Shown here: piece after piece, positions 21,883 through 32,219 of the stretch | Numbering within the stretch: the stretch's first letter is position 1 | Layout: every line of letters begins with the position of its first letter | Origin: Candidatus Latescibacterota bacterium | Lineage (GTDB): Bacteria > Latescibacterota > UBA2968 > GCA-2709665 | DNA length: 64,000 nt | Direction: 5' to 3' | Assembly (NCBI GenBank): GCA_965226795.1 | Contig: CBDDDZ010000004.1 | Span: 867,854 to 931,853 of the forward strand | Translations under genes and position numbers: made by a program | The notes under the pieces: generated by a model | What the model was told of the DNA's origin: nothing | Seen by the model: the letters and a program-made list of their open reading frames with translations, nothing else | The model's database searches: none

Positions 21883-23744
21883 AAACACAAGTACAGGAAA
21901 TCACACTTGAAGGTGCTGGGCGAGAGGTTCTCCTTACACCAGGCCTGAATATAATTACCGGACCAATCGCTTCTGGAAAGACTACTCTGGTACGTTTCCT
22001 TCGTTTTCTGCTAGGAAGCTCTTTAGGACACCTACCTATAGAAGCTCGCTCTAACGTTACGGCCGTTTCTGGGTCAGTAGACTTAAAGGGCAAGTCATAT
22101 TCAATTGTCAGGCCCGCAGTTACTACGACGACTGCACGTGTAGAAATCGCCGGTCCAGACGAAACTTGGAGGCTTCCAGCGCGCGAGGCGCCGGACGGCG
22201 GTACTTATACAAACTGGCTTCTTAAACAACTAGATCTTCCGAGAATCGAAGTGCCATCCGCCCCTACAAAACCGGATTCAAATCCCACTCCTGTCAGTAT
22301 AAACGACTATTTTATGTATTCGTATTTGGCCCAAGATGAGTTGGGCTTCTCTGTCTTTGGCCATCGAGATCAGTACAAAAACATAAAGAGGAAGTATGTT
22401 TTCGACATTACGTACGGATTCTACGACCTTGAGGTCGCCCAACTTCAGGAACGCCTGCGAATTGTTCACAGTCGCCTTAGGGAACTACGGGCACGCAAAG
22501 ATCTTTTTGAGACATTTTTCGACGACACGCCACTTGAAAACAGAGCAAGCATTGAACACGAGCTTCGCGAGGTAGATGGTCAACTGAAAGGAATCGAGAC
22601 AGCATCGAGAGATCTCGCCTCGGTGCATCAGGAGGTTTCTGGTACGGCAAAGTTGCAATCTGAGATTCTGAAGCTCCAAAGCCACACAGCTGAATTACAG
22701 GCCGGTATTGATGCGGAGCATAAGTCCTTGAATAACCTACGAGAACTCACGAATCAATTGGAGTCACAATCGAGCAAGCTAACGCGATCGATTGTTTCAC
22801 ACAAACATCTGACAGACCTTGAGTTCGTCGTTTGCCCCCGCTGCGGTACCGAACTTACGTCAGACAGAGCGGAGGAGGGTATTTGTCACCTATGCCTACA
22901 AGAACCTTCACTTGAGTTTTCTAGGAAAACACTGATTGACGAACAGGGGGCAGTGGAACAGCAACTCACCGAGATTCAAGACCTAGTCAGAGAGAGAGAG
23001 ACACGATCGACTGACCTTCAGAAACAGCTTTCACAGGCACAGTCCGATCTCACCAAGAAGCGCTTAGAACTCGAGTTTCAGACTGAGAGCTACGTTTCGG
23101 AGCATGCGACCCAAATCGCATCGCTCGCGGCTCAGCGGGCACGGCTTACCTCGCGGTTGGAGCAGCTACAAGGGTACTTGGATATTCTGTCAAAAACAGA
23201 TGATTCTCAGAGAATCGCCGCAAAGTTGACAGTAGAGAAGGACAGCCTGGACCAAAAACTCGAACTTGCTACAGCTAAGTCCAATGAGGGGCAACGCCGG
23301 GTAGACCACCTTAAGAATCGGTTTAACGACATCCTAGAGCAACTTCGTCCCCCCAGATTCGGTGAACTAGAATCATCGGGTATCGATCCGAACACCTACT
23401 TGCCTGATTACTATGGGCGAGCGTTTGCTGCGCTCAGTTCTCCTGGGCTTGCGACGCTCGTAAACTTGGCACATGCACTCGCCCACCACCTTACGGCTAT
23501 CGAGTTAGATCTGAAGCTGCCACAGATTCTGATAATTGATGGACTGAGTGAGCACTTAGGACAAGAAGGATTGGATCCGGAGCGTTTAGCCGCAGCGTAC
23601 GATTTGCTCATCGAGACTTCGGAGAGGCATTCCGAACTCCAAGTTATCCTAGTCGACAACGAGATTCCGGATATTGCGCGGGAATTTGTACGTCTTGAGT
23701 TGTCTGAGGAGGATCGACTTATCCGTGATACTCACACAGGTTAA
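21879..23744 (+). CDS. SMC/Rad50-like ABC ATPase (LmuB-like), probable CTG start
   Basis: The frame is open 124 codons upstream of ORF 22251 and contains GLNIITGPIASGKTT (Walker A). Also YLAQD Q-loop, coiled coils with CPRC/CHLC, and Walker B ILIIDG. Confidence 0.85.
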   Translation: MKTQVQEITLEGAGREVLLTPGLNIITGPIASGKTTLVRFLRFLLGSSLGHLPIEARSNVTAVSGSVDLKGKSYSIVRPAVTTTTARVEIAGPDETWRLPAREAPDGGTYTNWLLKQLDLPRIEVPSAPTKPDSNPTPVSINDYFMYSYLAQDELGFSVFGHRDQYKNIKRKYVFDITYGFYDLEVAQLQERLRIVHSRLRELRARKDLFETFFDDTPLENRASIEHELREVDGQLKGIETASRDLASVHQEVSGTAKLQSEILKLQSHTAELQAGIDAEHKSLNNLRELTNQLESQSSKLTRSIVSHKHLTDLEFVVCPRCGTELTSDRAEEGICHLCLQEPSLEFSRKTLIDEQGAVEQQLTEIQDLVRERETRSTDLQKQLSQAQSDLTKKRLELEFQTESYVSEHATQIASLAAQRARLTSRLEQLQGYLDILSKTDDSQRIAAKLTVEKDSLDQKLELATAKSNEGQRRVDHLKNRFNDILEQLRPPRFGELESSGIDPNTYLPDYYGRAFAALSSPGLATLVNLAHALAHHLTAIELDLKLPQILIIDGLSEHLGQEGLDPERLAAAYDLLIETSERHSELQVILVDNEIPDIAREFVRLELSEEDRLIRDTHTG

Positions 23745-24011
23745 GCAATCAGAGATCCTATCATACGAACCCGTGAGTCGACCTGTAACAAATACACGTT
23801 CGTTCTAACTACGGTGTCATAACACCTTCGCATTCAATCACAACCTACGACCGCGAAAAACGTACTCTTGTCTCTGCCCATGATCATTGGGGAATGCTCC
23901 GAGCACAATTGAATGAGGGTACAACTTGCCTTGTAGGTCGCTAACCGCGGAAGTAGTCAGACAGCGAACTCGGCTTGCTCCCATCCTGGGTAGCAGCCGA
24001 CGGAGATCAGG

Positions 24012-24470
24012 GTGATCGATCCGACTGTTCAGGCACAGATGCTCGTCCGGCGGCCGATCGACGAAGTGTTCAACGCGTTCGTGGACCCCGCAATCACCAC
24101 CCGATTCTGGTTCACCAGGAGCAGCGGCAAGCTGGAGCCGGGGGCGAAGGTTACATGGGCGTGGGAGATGTACGGCGTCTCTGCGGATGTCCACGTCAGG
24201 GCGATCGAGCTGCCCTCCCGAATCCTCATCGAATGGGGCGAGCCCGCGACGACCGTCGAGTGGCAGTTCACGTCTCTCGGAGCGGAAGCGACCCTCGTTC
24301 AGATCTCCAACACCGGGTTCCAGGGGTCCGAAGAGGAGGTCGTCGGCATGGCACTCGACTCGATGGGCGGTTTCTCTCTCGTGCTCGCAGCGCTCAAGGC
24401 GTGGTTGGAGCACGGAATCGCCCTGGACCTGGTGGCAGATCGCAATCCGGAAGCCCACGTTTCTCATTAA
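24012..24470 (+). CDS. SRPBCC/AHSA1 domain protein
   Basis: VFNAFVDP..T.FWF..SSG.LEPG, L..LKA.LE. Confidence 0.9.
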   Translation: MIDPTVQAQMLVRRPIDEVFNAFVDPAITTRFWFTRSSGKLEPGAKVTWAWEMYGVSADVHVRAIELPSRILIEWGEPATTVEWQFTSLGAEATLVQISNTGFQGSEEEVVGMALDSMGGFSLVLAALKAWLEHGIALDLVADRNPEAHVSH

Positions 24471-24654
24471 CCTTGCTACTTCGCCGAGAAGGCCGCATAG
24501 GCCGAGAGCGACGACGACGCTGAACCGGATGCCGGGCTGGGGGGCTTCCCCCCGAAGTGCGGCTGATGCGGTACACCCGACGGGAAACCGCCTGCAAGCT
24601 GACGGAGACTGCCATAGAGAATGACTGCGTCACTGGAGAAAGGAGTCTTCGATC

Positions 24655-25794
24655 ATGATTGAATGTCTTGGTATCGGCCACCTTTTCGAGCTTTCCAGGA
24701 CGGAAGCGATTGTGGGGTTTTTTACCCCGCTGGTGGTCTTCGCCGTGTTTTTCCTGGTGCAGCTCATTCTGCCCGGAAAGTGGGTCCCCGGCTACGTCAT
24801 CAACCCCGAGACCGGCGAGCCACGCAAATATCGGCTGAACGGCATTCTGGTATTTGCAATCGCGCTGATCGTGTGGGCGTTCGAGCTCACCGGGATGCCG
24901 CGTGACTGGTTCTACCGGTCATCAATCTATGCAGTGGCCGGCGGAACGGTCTTCACCACTATCTTTACAATCCTGGCGGTGTTCACCCAGCCGCAAGGCA
25001 GGATAAAGAATCCGCTCCTGGCGCTGTGGATCGGGCGGGTCCAGGAGTTGTCGTTCTTCAACAGCCGCTTCGACGTAAAGATGTATTTCTATGTCGTGGG
25101 TGGAACGATGCTGTCGCTCAACGCCCTGTCCGGGGCCGCGTACCACTGCGAACGCTTTGGCGAAGACGCCAATCCGGGCGTTTTCCTGTTTGCGGCATTC
25201 CTCACGTTCTACGTCCTGGACTACTTCGTCTTCGAGCGCGTCCAGCTATATACCTACGACCTGATCCACGAACATCTCGGCTTCAAGATGTTCTGGGGCG
25301 GTCTCGTGGTCTACGGGTGGCTCTACATCCTCCCGCTGTGGGGCATGGCCGCTTACCCGGACCCAGGATTCTCGCCGGCGTGGACGAAGGTTTGGCTCGT
25401 CGGAACGCCTGCGCTGTTTCTGGTCGGGTGGGGTATCTCGCGCGGCGCCAATATGCAGAAATACACGTTCAAGCGATGGCCGGAGCGCAAGTTTCTGGGT
25501 CTCATCGAGCCTGAATTCATTGAGGCCGGCGACCGCAAGATCCTGTGCAGCGGTCTATGGGGTGTCGCCCGCCACTTCAACTACCTGGGCGAGGGGTTCC
25601 TTTCCCTCTCAATCGCTCTGGTGTTCGGCCATTTCACGATCCCCTGGGCCTGGACCTACTTCGTCTTCATCGTCACGCTGTTCACCATACGTCAGGTTCA
25701 GGACGACCGGCGCTGTGCCGAGAAATACGGCCCCGAGAAGTGGGCCGAGTATCAGGCACGGGTGAAGCACCGGATTATTCCCGGCGTCTATTGA
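24655..25794 (+). CDS. ERG4/ERG24-family sterol reductase-like membrane protein
   Basis: YRLNG, DLIHE.LGF...WG, AN.QK..FK, SGLWG..RHFNYLGE, DD.RC.EKYG..W.EY...V..RIIPGVY. Confidence 0.9.
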   Translation: MIECLGIGHLFELSRTEAIVGFFTPLVVFAVFFLVQLILPGKWVPGYVINPETGEPRKYRLNGILVFAIALIVWAFELTGMPRDWFYRSSIYAVAGGTVFTTIFTILAVFTQPQGRIKNPLLALWIGRVQELSFFNSRFDVKMYFYVVGGTMLSLNALSGAAYHCERFGEDANPGVFLFAAFLTFYVLDYFVFERVQLYTYDLIHEHLGFKMFWGGLVVYGWLYILPLWGMAAYPDPGFSPAWTKVWLVGTPALFLVGWGISRGANMQKYTFKRWPERKFLGLIEPEFIEAGDRKILCSGLWGVARHFNYLGEGFLSLSIALVFGHFTIPWAWTYFVFIVTLFTIRQVQDDRRCAEKYGPEKWAEYQARVKHRIIPGVY

Positions 25795-25974
25795 GCGGGC
25801 TACCTGCGGAGTCTATTCAGGTTGCCTGTGATGCGTTGACCGAGCCGACGCGCGGTCCACACGAATGCGTCGACGGAGCGGACCGCCGCGGAGGCGTCTG
25901 TTCTGCATTGATGTTCTGTCCTTGATATAAATCTCCCTAATTGGGCTGTCGAGTCGCCCGTCTGGCAGGCTGCT

Positions 25975-26045
25975 TGAGCCCTGAGCCGCTCCCTTAGCAC
26001 GTGCCCTGAGCTTGTCGAAGGGTGTCGAAGGGTCGGCGAAGGACT
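25975..26045 (+). repeat. REP-like cluster (CCCTGAGCYTGTCGAAGGG type)
   Basis: The same unit occurs at 31905-32050. Confidence 0.7.
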
Positions 26046-26132
26046 GTCAATTGACGCCGAACGGAAATCCAAACGTGAAAATTCGTCCTATTGGCTGAGC
26101 GACGTTTCGTTGATAATAGAATCGGAGAATTA

Positions 26133-27046
26133 ATGACTGCCTTGATGTTAAGGCGTTTTTTTGTGGCCATCGTGGCGTTGTCAAGGCTGTATTCCTGTTC
26201 AGAAAATGACGACATGCCACTCGAAGCACCTGCAACGACAGGTTTATTCACACAAACGCTGAACCATAATGGAACAATAAGAGAATATATCGTGTATGTG
26301 CCGGATTCTTATGATGGAGATGCGAGCGTCCCACTGATGCTCAACTTTCACGGATTCGGTCAGAGGGCAGACCAATATCTGAATTTTTCAGATATGCGGT
26401 CATTGGCAGATACGGGAAAATTTATTCTGGTTTATCCTCAAGGTACCTTGCTGGATGGAGATCCGCACTGGAATGCCGGTCTAAAATCGGATGACAATAA
26501 AAGTGATGCGGAGGACTTCGGTTTTGTCGGAGCACTAATCAATGAAATTTCCTCGAATTACAAGATTGACCCGGCAAGAGTATATTCCTGTGGTTTCTCA
26601 AACGGCGCTTTCTTTACGTATGCACTTGCCTGCTATCATAGCGATAAAATAGCGGCAATAGGTTCTGTTGCCGGAACGATGATGGAGGAAACATATAACA
26701 ACTGTAACCCATCACACCCTACGGCCATGATAAATATTCACGGTACATCAGACCCTATGTCCCCTATGGCGGGTGGAATGAAGGATTGAAATCAATTGAC
26801 GACGTGCTTGCTTATTGGACAGGTTTCAATAGTACCAGTGCTACTCCCACAGTAAATCGCATGAATGATGGTGTAATAACAATAGAACACGATTCCTATA
26901 CAGATGGCGACGACAATATTTCTGTTGAGCATTATAAGGTTATCAACGGAGGGCATGTCTGGTTCGATATCAACTACGACGGCTCCAGTACCAGTGGTTT
27001 AATCTGGAATTTTGTCTCGAGATATGACATAAATGGATTGAGGTAA
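26133..27046 (+). CDS. PHB depolymerase/LpqC-like esterase, frameshift near 26760-26790
   Basis: NFHG, VYPQG, GFSNG nucleophile, IHGTSD. GGHVW lies in the second frame. Confidence 0.85.
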
Positions 27047-27246
27047 TTCGACGGGATCCAGGCATACCCCTCCAATGCCAACGTGGGCGGCCTGCTCCGC
27101 AGCCGCCCACGACAATAATACGCCGGGGACCGAATTCAAACACCCATTTCCCTCTATAGATCCAACCATCGACATCAAGGGCATCCAGAAATTCCACTTG
27201 CTATACTTTTCCCGGATACGACAGGCGTCGCGGGTATACATCGACT

Positions 27247-27984
27247 TCAATGCTTATATGCCACATGTCGATCTTCGTATTTTCCCTTTAGAAACCTTTC
27301 CGGATTGAGTTCTTCCGGCAAATAATGCCAAGCCGTACTATAGCGCGTGCGATTGCTGTGGTTATCATACGCACCGTGCAAGAGACTGGCGGAAAACAGA
27401 ACAAGCGTGCCAGCGGGAATGACCAGATCCACAGCCCGCGATTCATCGACCTCCGTCCAACTGCCATGCCTGCCTGGATTTTTGCGGTGCTCGACAATCT
27501 TACCTATCCGGTGGCTGCCGGGCACCACCCGCAAACACCCATTCTCCACATCTGAATCTTCCAGATAAATTCCGCAACTGACAATGCGATCCGTATCGGT
27601 GCCAAAATAAAAATTGTCCTGATGCCAGCTCGTTGACGTGCCGCCGTTGGGCAACTTCGGAAAAAACTTGGTGCCAAACACATCGATATTTTCACCAATC
27701 AAACCTGCGACGCGGTCTAAAATCGCCGGTTCACGCGCCAGTTTCAACACGCGGGCATCGACCACGCAAACCCCCTGAACTTTGTGCAACAAACCCGCCC
27801 GGGGTTTACCGCGTTCGTCCAACTCGAGCGCCCAGTGCGGCGTCTCCTCGGTCATTTTACGCCCCTCTGCGACCAGTTCATCAAACACGCGCTTGTAATG
27901 GGCCAACCGCTCGCCTTGTATCAGGGCTTCAAAAACGAGATACCCATCTTCTCGAAACTGCCGGTCCTGTTCGTCAGTTAACAT
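27247..27984 (-). CDS. Phytanoyl-CoA dioxygenase (PhyH) family protein
   Basis: WHQD, ENGCLRVVPGSH, LLHGA..N.S.R.R. Confidence 0.93.
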   Translation of the reverse strand: MLTDEQDRQFREDGYLVFEALIQGERLAHYKRVFDELVAEGRKMTEETPHWALELDERGKPRAGLLHKVQGVCVVDARVLKLAREPAILDRVAGLIGENIDVFGTKFFPKLPNGGTSTSWHQDNFYFGTDTDRIVSCGIYLEDSDVENGCLRVVPGSHRIGKIVEHRKNPGRHGSWTEVDESRAVDLVIPAGTLVLFSASLLHGAYDNHSNRTRYSTAWHYLPEELNPERFLKGKYEDRHVAYKH

Positions 27985-28196
27985 TAAGACCTCCTCAAAT
28001 TCACTCGGCTACTTCGGTCGCGCAAACGCGACCAGGGGTGATTACGCCAACCAGTAGCCAGACATAGGACCTTTTTTTGGCTATATTAAGCCGGGAATCA
28101 AGGGTACGAGCGCTTGAACGCGCCCCGGCCGGGGACTTGCCCTATACGCTGACATTTCGGACGTTAACTTAGGTAAGATCAGAAAGGAGAAGACCG

Positions 28197-28934
28197 GTGT
28201 CAAGAATCGAACCCGCATCCCGACTAACCCGCCTGAATGGTGCCAGGATCGGACTTCTGGACCCGGGAAAGCGTACTGCGGGAGCCGTTCTCAAGGCAGT
28301 TGGTGAGCGGCTCGCGGCAGAGTACGACGCGAATGTGGTCGGACCCTGGAGAAAGTCATCGCCCTACCGCGTCTGCTCAAAGAAGCTTCTGGAGGAGATC
28401 GTTCCACATTGCGACGGGCTTGTCATGGGGGTCGTGGATTGATGTGGCGCCAGTTCGTGCAGTTTGCACGATATGCTGGAGTTCGAGTTGAGAGGCATAC
28501 CGACCGCCTACATCACGGCCGCAGGAAGGGTTCCAATGGTCGAACGCGATGGTGATGGCTTCAGCCTATCGCATGCAACAGGAAACTATCTGGTTGAAGG
28601 ATGGGAGGACTCCGGACCGCAGTCAGACGAGGTCCATCGCAGGCTGATTCACTTCGGAGTACACCGCAGGATGAGGATGAGCGATGTGAAGGAGGGGGAT
28701 CGGGTTCGCTACGGCGGTAAGGACCTGCGATGGGAGTATCCTCGAATGGAGCTGGAAGCCGGAATCAGGCCTGCCGGAGCCGGCGCCTGGTCGAGCACCT
28801 TTGACGGCGTCGCAGGCTACAGGAATATCGAACTGCGCGCGACCGCTGCACCCGTGGAAGGCGATGAATTCGATGAAAGCGTGGAAGAGGCCGTCCCACA
28901 GGTGGTGTCGATTTTGACGGGTGGGAGGGCGTGA
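28197..28934 (+). CDS. UGSC-family-like selenoprotein with in-frame TGA at 28440-28442 (D-U-C-G-A)
   Basis: ORFs 28197-28442 and 28464-28934 share a frame. The sequence RIGLLD.GK...CDGLVMGVVD-TGA-CGASSCSLHD..E.E.RGIPT aligns with the UGSC family. Hairpin TCGTGCA-GTT-TGCACGA lies 12 nt downstream. Confidence 0.85.
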
Positions 28935-28939
28935 GTTCA

Positions 28940-29300
28940 CGATCCGCCGTCGCAGTCTCGACACCAACAACCTCCTCGAAAAACCGTACCGATGCCGCAC
29001 GATCCGTGCTCAGATGCTCCGACCAGACAAACGCGCCTACCTCCGACATAACTCCGCATCCCACGAACTCGTCGGGCTCCCACAGCGTCGTCACACAACC
29101 AGTCGGGTCCGCGATCACCGCCACCCGACCCGCGCGAACAACGTCTCTTGAACCAGCCAGCACAGCCCCACCATTCGCTGCCACCCGCTCGACGACGGCG
29201 TCGACATCATCCACCGAAACGTAAACGTTCCACTTCGCTGCCCCGTCTGAACGAATCTGCCCGGGGCCCGATTCATAAATCACCGCCGCCGCCGACAGCT
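28940..29300 (-). pseudogene. VOC/glyoxalase family fragment
   Basis: W.VYVSVDDVDA, GR.AVIADPTG, FVWSE. Truncated at both ends. Confidence 0.75.
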
Positions 29301-29389
29301 GGACTACCTTCAGCGGCAATTCTCAACTCACTGGCGTCGCCACCTCCGACTTCGCCCCTGCCTAACGCTACTTCGGGCCTACCCCACCC

Positions 29390-29502
29390 AAGACGCCATT
29401 GAATCCGCCGCCGCCATCCAAGAAGGCACAGCGTACGTCGGCTCGCGTGACGGCCAACTCTATGCATTCGATATGCAAACCGGTGCACCAGTCAAGCCGT
29501 AG
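29390..29502 (+). pseudogene. Isolated PQQ-like repeat fragment
   Basis: Manual translation gives DAIESAAAIQEGTAYVGSRDGQLYAFDMQTG. Confidence 0.55.
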
Positions 29503-29897
29503 ATCTTCTTTAGAATCTTCTATCCGGGGAAAGGCCACTTGTCAATCGGCAGCCTGGTCGGGCACCGCCAGTTGTATGACCTCAGACAGAAACGTCTCAT
29601 CGTCCACAATGGGCCTTGCGCTTCCACAACGTTGCCCTTACTTTTAGGACCGGTCGTCGTTACCTCCAGGTCCGCTGGTGATCGGATCCGGCTTAACTCC
29701 TTTAGATATAGTCACCTTCCGTCGGACAAACGATGGCCTTATTTGCTTCATCCCTTTTGCAGAAATTCACGGGCGCAGTCCTTACGATAACCTCCGCGCT
29801 CGTGAGTCTGCTTGTGATGAACGACGAATGGAACGCGGTTGGGGACGCGCCATAGATTCCATCGATCATCCCACGGGCCCACGAAGTCTGGAGGGAG

Positions 29898-30750
29898 TTG
29901 GTGGCGCGGACGTTTCACGATTGGAGCAGACAGGAGGTCGACGCCACTGTTCGAGACTACTTCGATATGCTGGCTTCGGAACTTCGGGGCGCGCCGTACG
30001 TCAAGGCAGCCCACAACGAGACCCTCCGCGCGCTCCTGGATGATCGTACCCGCGGCGCGGTAGAGCGCAAACACCAGAACATCAGCGCAGTCCTGATCGA
30101 GTTGGGTTTCCCGTACATCAACGGATACAAGCCGCTCTCCAACATCCAACATATGTTGCGGGACGTGGTGCGCCAGCACGTTTCGTCGCTAGAGGACCTG
30201 GTCAAAGCCGATGTCGAGGCACACCAGATTCAAGTCGCCTTCGACGATCTCCTCGGTATCGGAGTCGATCCGCCTGTGCCCACTCCCGCTTCGGTACGTG
30301 AGGCACCCGTAGACTACGTCGTTCCCAACCACCATTTCCCAACAATCAACTACCTCCAGATGGAGGCGCTCAATCGATCTCTCGGGGATGCCGGAGAAGC
30401 ATTGGTCATGGAGTTTGAGCGCGCCCGGCTACTGGGCGAAGGCAAGGACCGCCTGGCCAGAAACGTCGAGCAGGTTTCCAAAACTGTGGGCGACCATGCC
30501 GGGTTTGATATTCGGTCGTACGAAGTCAGCGGACGGGATCGATTCATCGAGGTCAAGACAACACGTTACGGCAAGCTCACGCCATTCTACATCAGCGCCG
30601 GCGAGGTCCGATTTTCCGAGGCGAACGTACACGCCTACCATCTCTACCGGCTGTTCGAGTTTCGGCAGAGACCCAGGTTCTTCCTTTTACCAGAGGGATG
30701 TCGGGCGTCACGTGCAGTTGCAGGCAGCCAGCTACCGCGCACACTTCTGA
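29898..30750 (+). CDS. DUF3883 (PD-(D/E)xK) domain protein, apparent frameshift near 30692
   Basis: DWS..EV.A.V.DYF.ML N-domain and GFDIRS...RFIEVKTT. A natural-looking C-terminus (DVGRHVQLQAASYRAHF*) lies in another frame. Confidence 0.8.
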
Positions 30751-30848
30751 GAGCCCCGCCTGTATGGGCGGCGAAAGGCGCCGGACCAGTTCGCCCGTCA
30801 CGCGGCAACCCTCATTGTAGCCGACGACCGCTCCCGCCTCTAACGCTT

Positions 30849-31604
30849 ATGTCGACCGAGGAATATCCGTTTATTTCGAACATAGTTACGACTCTTCGTG
30901 AGTTTGGCGACGCGACGTCCCGCAATCTCCAGTTCTCCCATCGTCCAGACGTGTACGTCAGTTACGGTGAAGAAACGATCACCGGAACCAACCTGCTTGA
31001 GATCAGGCGCCGACATAGCGACCGCGTTCACCTTGAGACTTTTTCCAAGAAGAAGGAGGCCCATAGCGGCGCCGACTGGGAGTGGCACATCGTCGGCAAA
31101 AATTGGACCTTGAAGATGCGAGTACAGGCCAAGAGAACCCAATACAAGAAGGGTAGGCTGCGTATCAAGTACAATCAGCAGCGTAAGTTGCTCTTAACGT
31201 GCGCAAGGGCCGCCAACATGAGGCCAATGTACTGTATCTATTGCACCGAACCACAGCGCTCGTTCTGGACGCAATCGCATCCAGACCATGGTTCTGACAG
31301 ATACCAAACCGGCTGTCTGATGGCGGATGCCAATAACGTACCTGAAACAACCACTAAACTGTGTAGAATCGAACGCAAATGCTTTCCATGGCATTTCCTG
31401 CTTGAAGGCGGCGAGAGCTGGTGGGATGGTCCCACAATCGCTGACCTTAACGAAAAAGGTGATGGCAAATTAAACCGCACCGGCGTTCATGCAACCTATC
31501 GAGACGATCTCGATTCGTCTTGTTCGCGACAAGAAGGTCCTGCGAAGACTTTGGACAGCAGAACGCATCGAAAACTCGTGATCGACGTTCGTGTTCAGGA
31601 ATAG
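30849..31604 (+). CDS. PD-(D/E)xK-like protein (DUF6615-like)
   Basis: GEETIT..NLL, EA.SGADWEW, RVQAKR. Confidence 0.65.
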   Translation: MSTEEYPFISNIVTTLREFGDATSRNLQFSHRPDVYVSYGEETITGTNLLEIRRRHSDRVHLETFSKKKEAHSGADWEWHIVGKNWTLKMRVQAKRTQYKKGRLRIKYNQQRKLLLTCARAANMRPMYCIYCTEPQRSFWTQSHPDHGSDRYQTGCLMADANNVPETTTKLCRIERKCFPWHFLLEGGESWWDGPTIADLNEKGDGKLNRTGVHATYRDDLDSSCSRQEGPAKTLDSRTHRKLVIDVRVQE

Positions 31605-31857
31605 GTTGTTTTCGAAACCCGATGCAGAATGACAATGAGCATGGCAGACAGGAATGTCTGCCCCACCTTCATGCACGCTTCCCTCACGGGCTCGAAAAGC
31701 CATTATGCGAGGGATGGAATTGATTGATTCTCGAAAATAGCGGCTTACCTTGACAATTCATGTTTTAATCAGGCTAGCATGAGATCGCTCGGAACGCCAT
31801 TGCGTTTACGTATTGTCAGTAGCGGAAAATAGTTGACAGTTTTTCGTCTGTTACACT

Positions 31858-32090
31858 GGAGAATGTAAACCATATGGTGCTCCCCGAACCTGAGGTCGTT
31901 AGCCTTGCCCTGAGCCGCTCCCTGAGCCTGTCGAAGGGTCGGCGAAGGGCTGTCCAATGGAGCCGATCGAGTTCCGAAACGCGGGCACTTCGACAAGCTC
32001 AGTGACCACGTTTCGGTAGGCTCAAAGACCGCTTTGACAAGCTGAGCCGCTATAGAGGAGGATGTAAACTAAAGGGTGCTCCCCGTAACA
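31858..32090 (+). repeat. REP-like cluster bracketed by a ~30-bp imperfect direct repeat
   Basis: GGAGAATGTAAACCATATGGTGCTCCCCG and GGAGGATGTAAACTAAAGGGTGCTCCCCG flank CCCTGAGCCTGTCGAAGGG and TTCGACAAGCTCAG units. Confidence 0.6.
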
Positions 32091-32219
32091 ACTGCGAAAG
32101 CTGAGCGACTGGACGGTACCGCCTCTACATGTTTTCGAAAGCCGGTCTCACACTCAGCATTGTCCACCACCTAGACCACCCATCGCCCCTCACGCCCCTC
32201 CCGCATAAGGAAAATCGGA

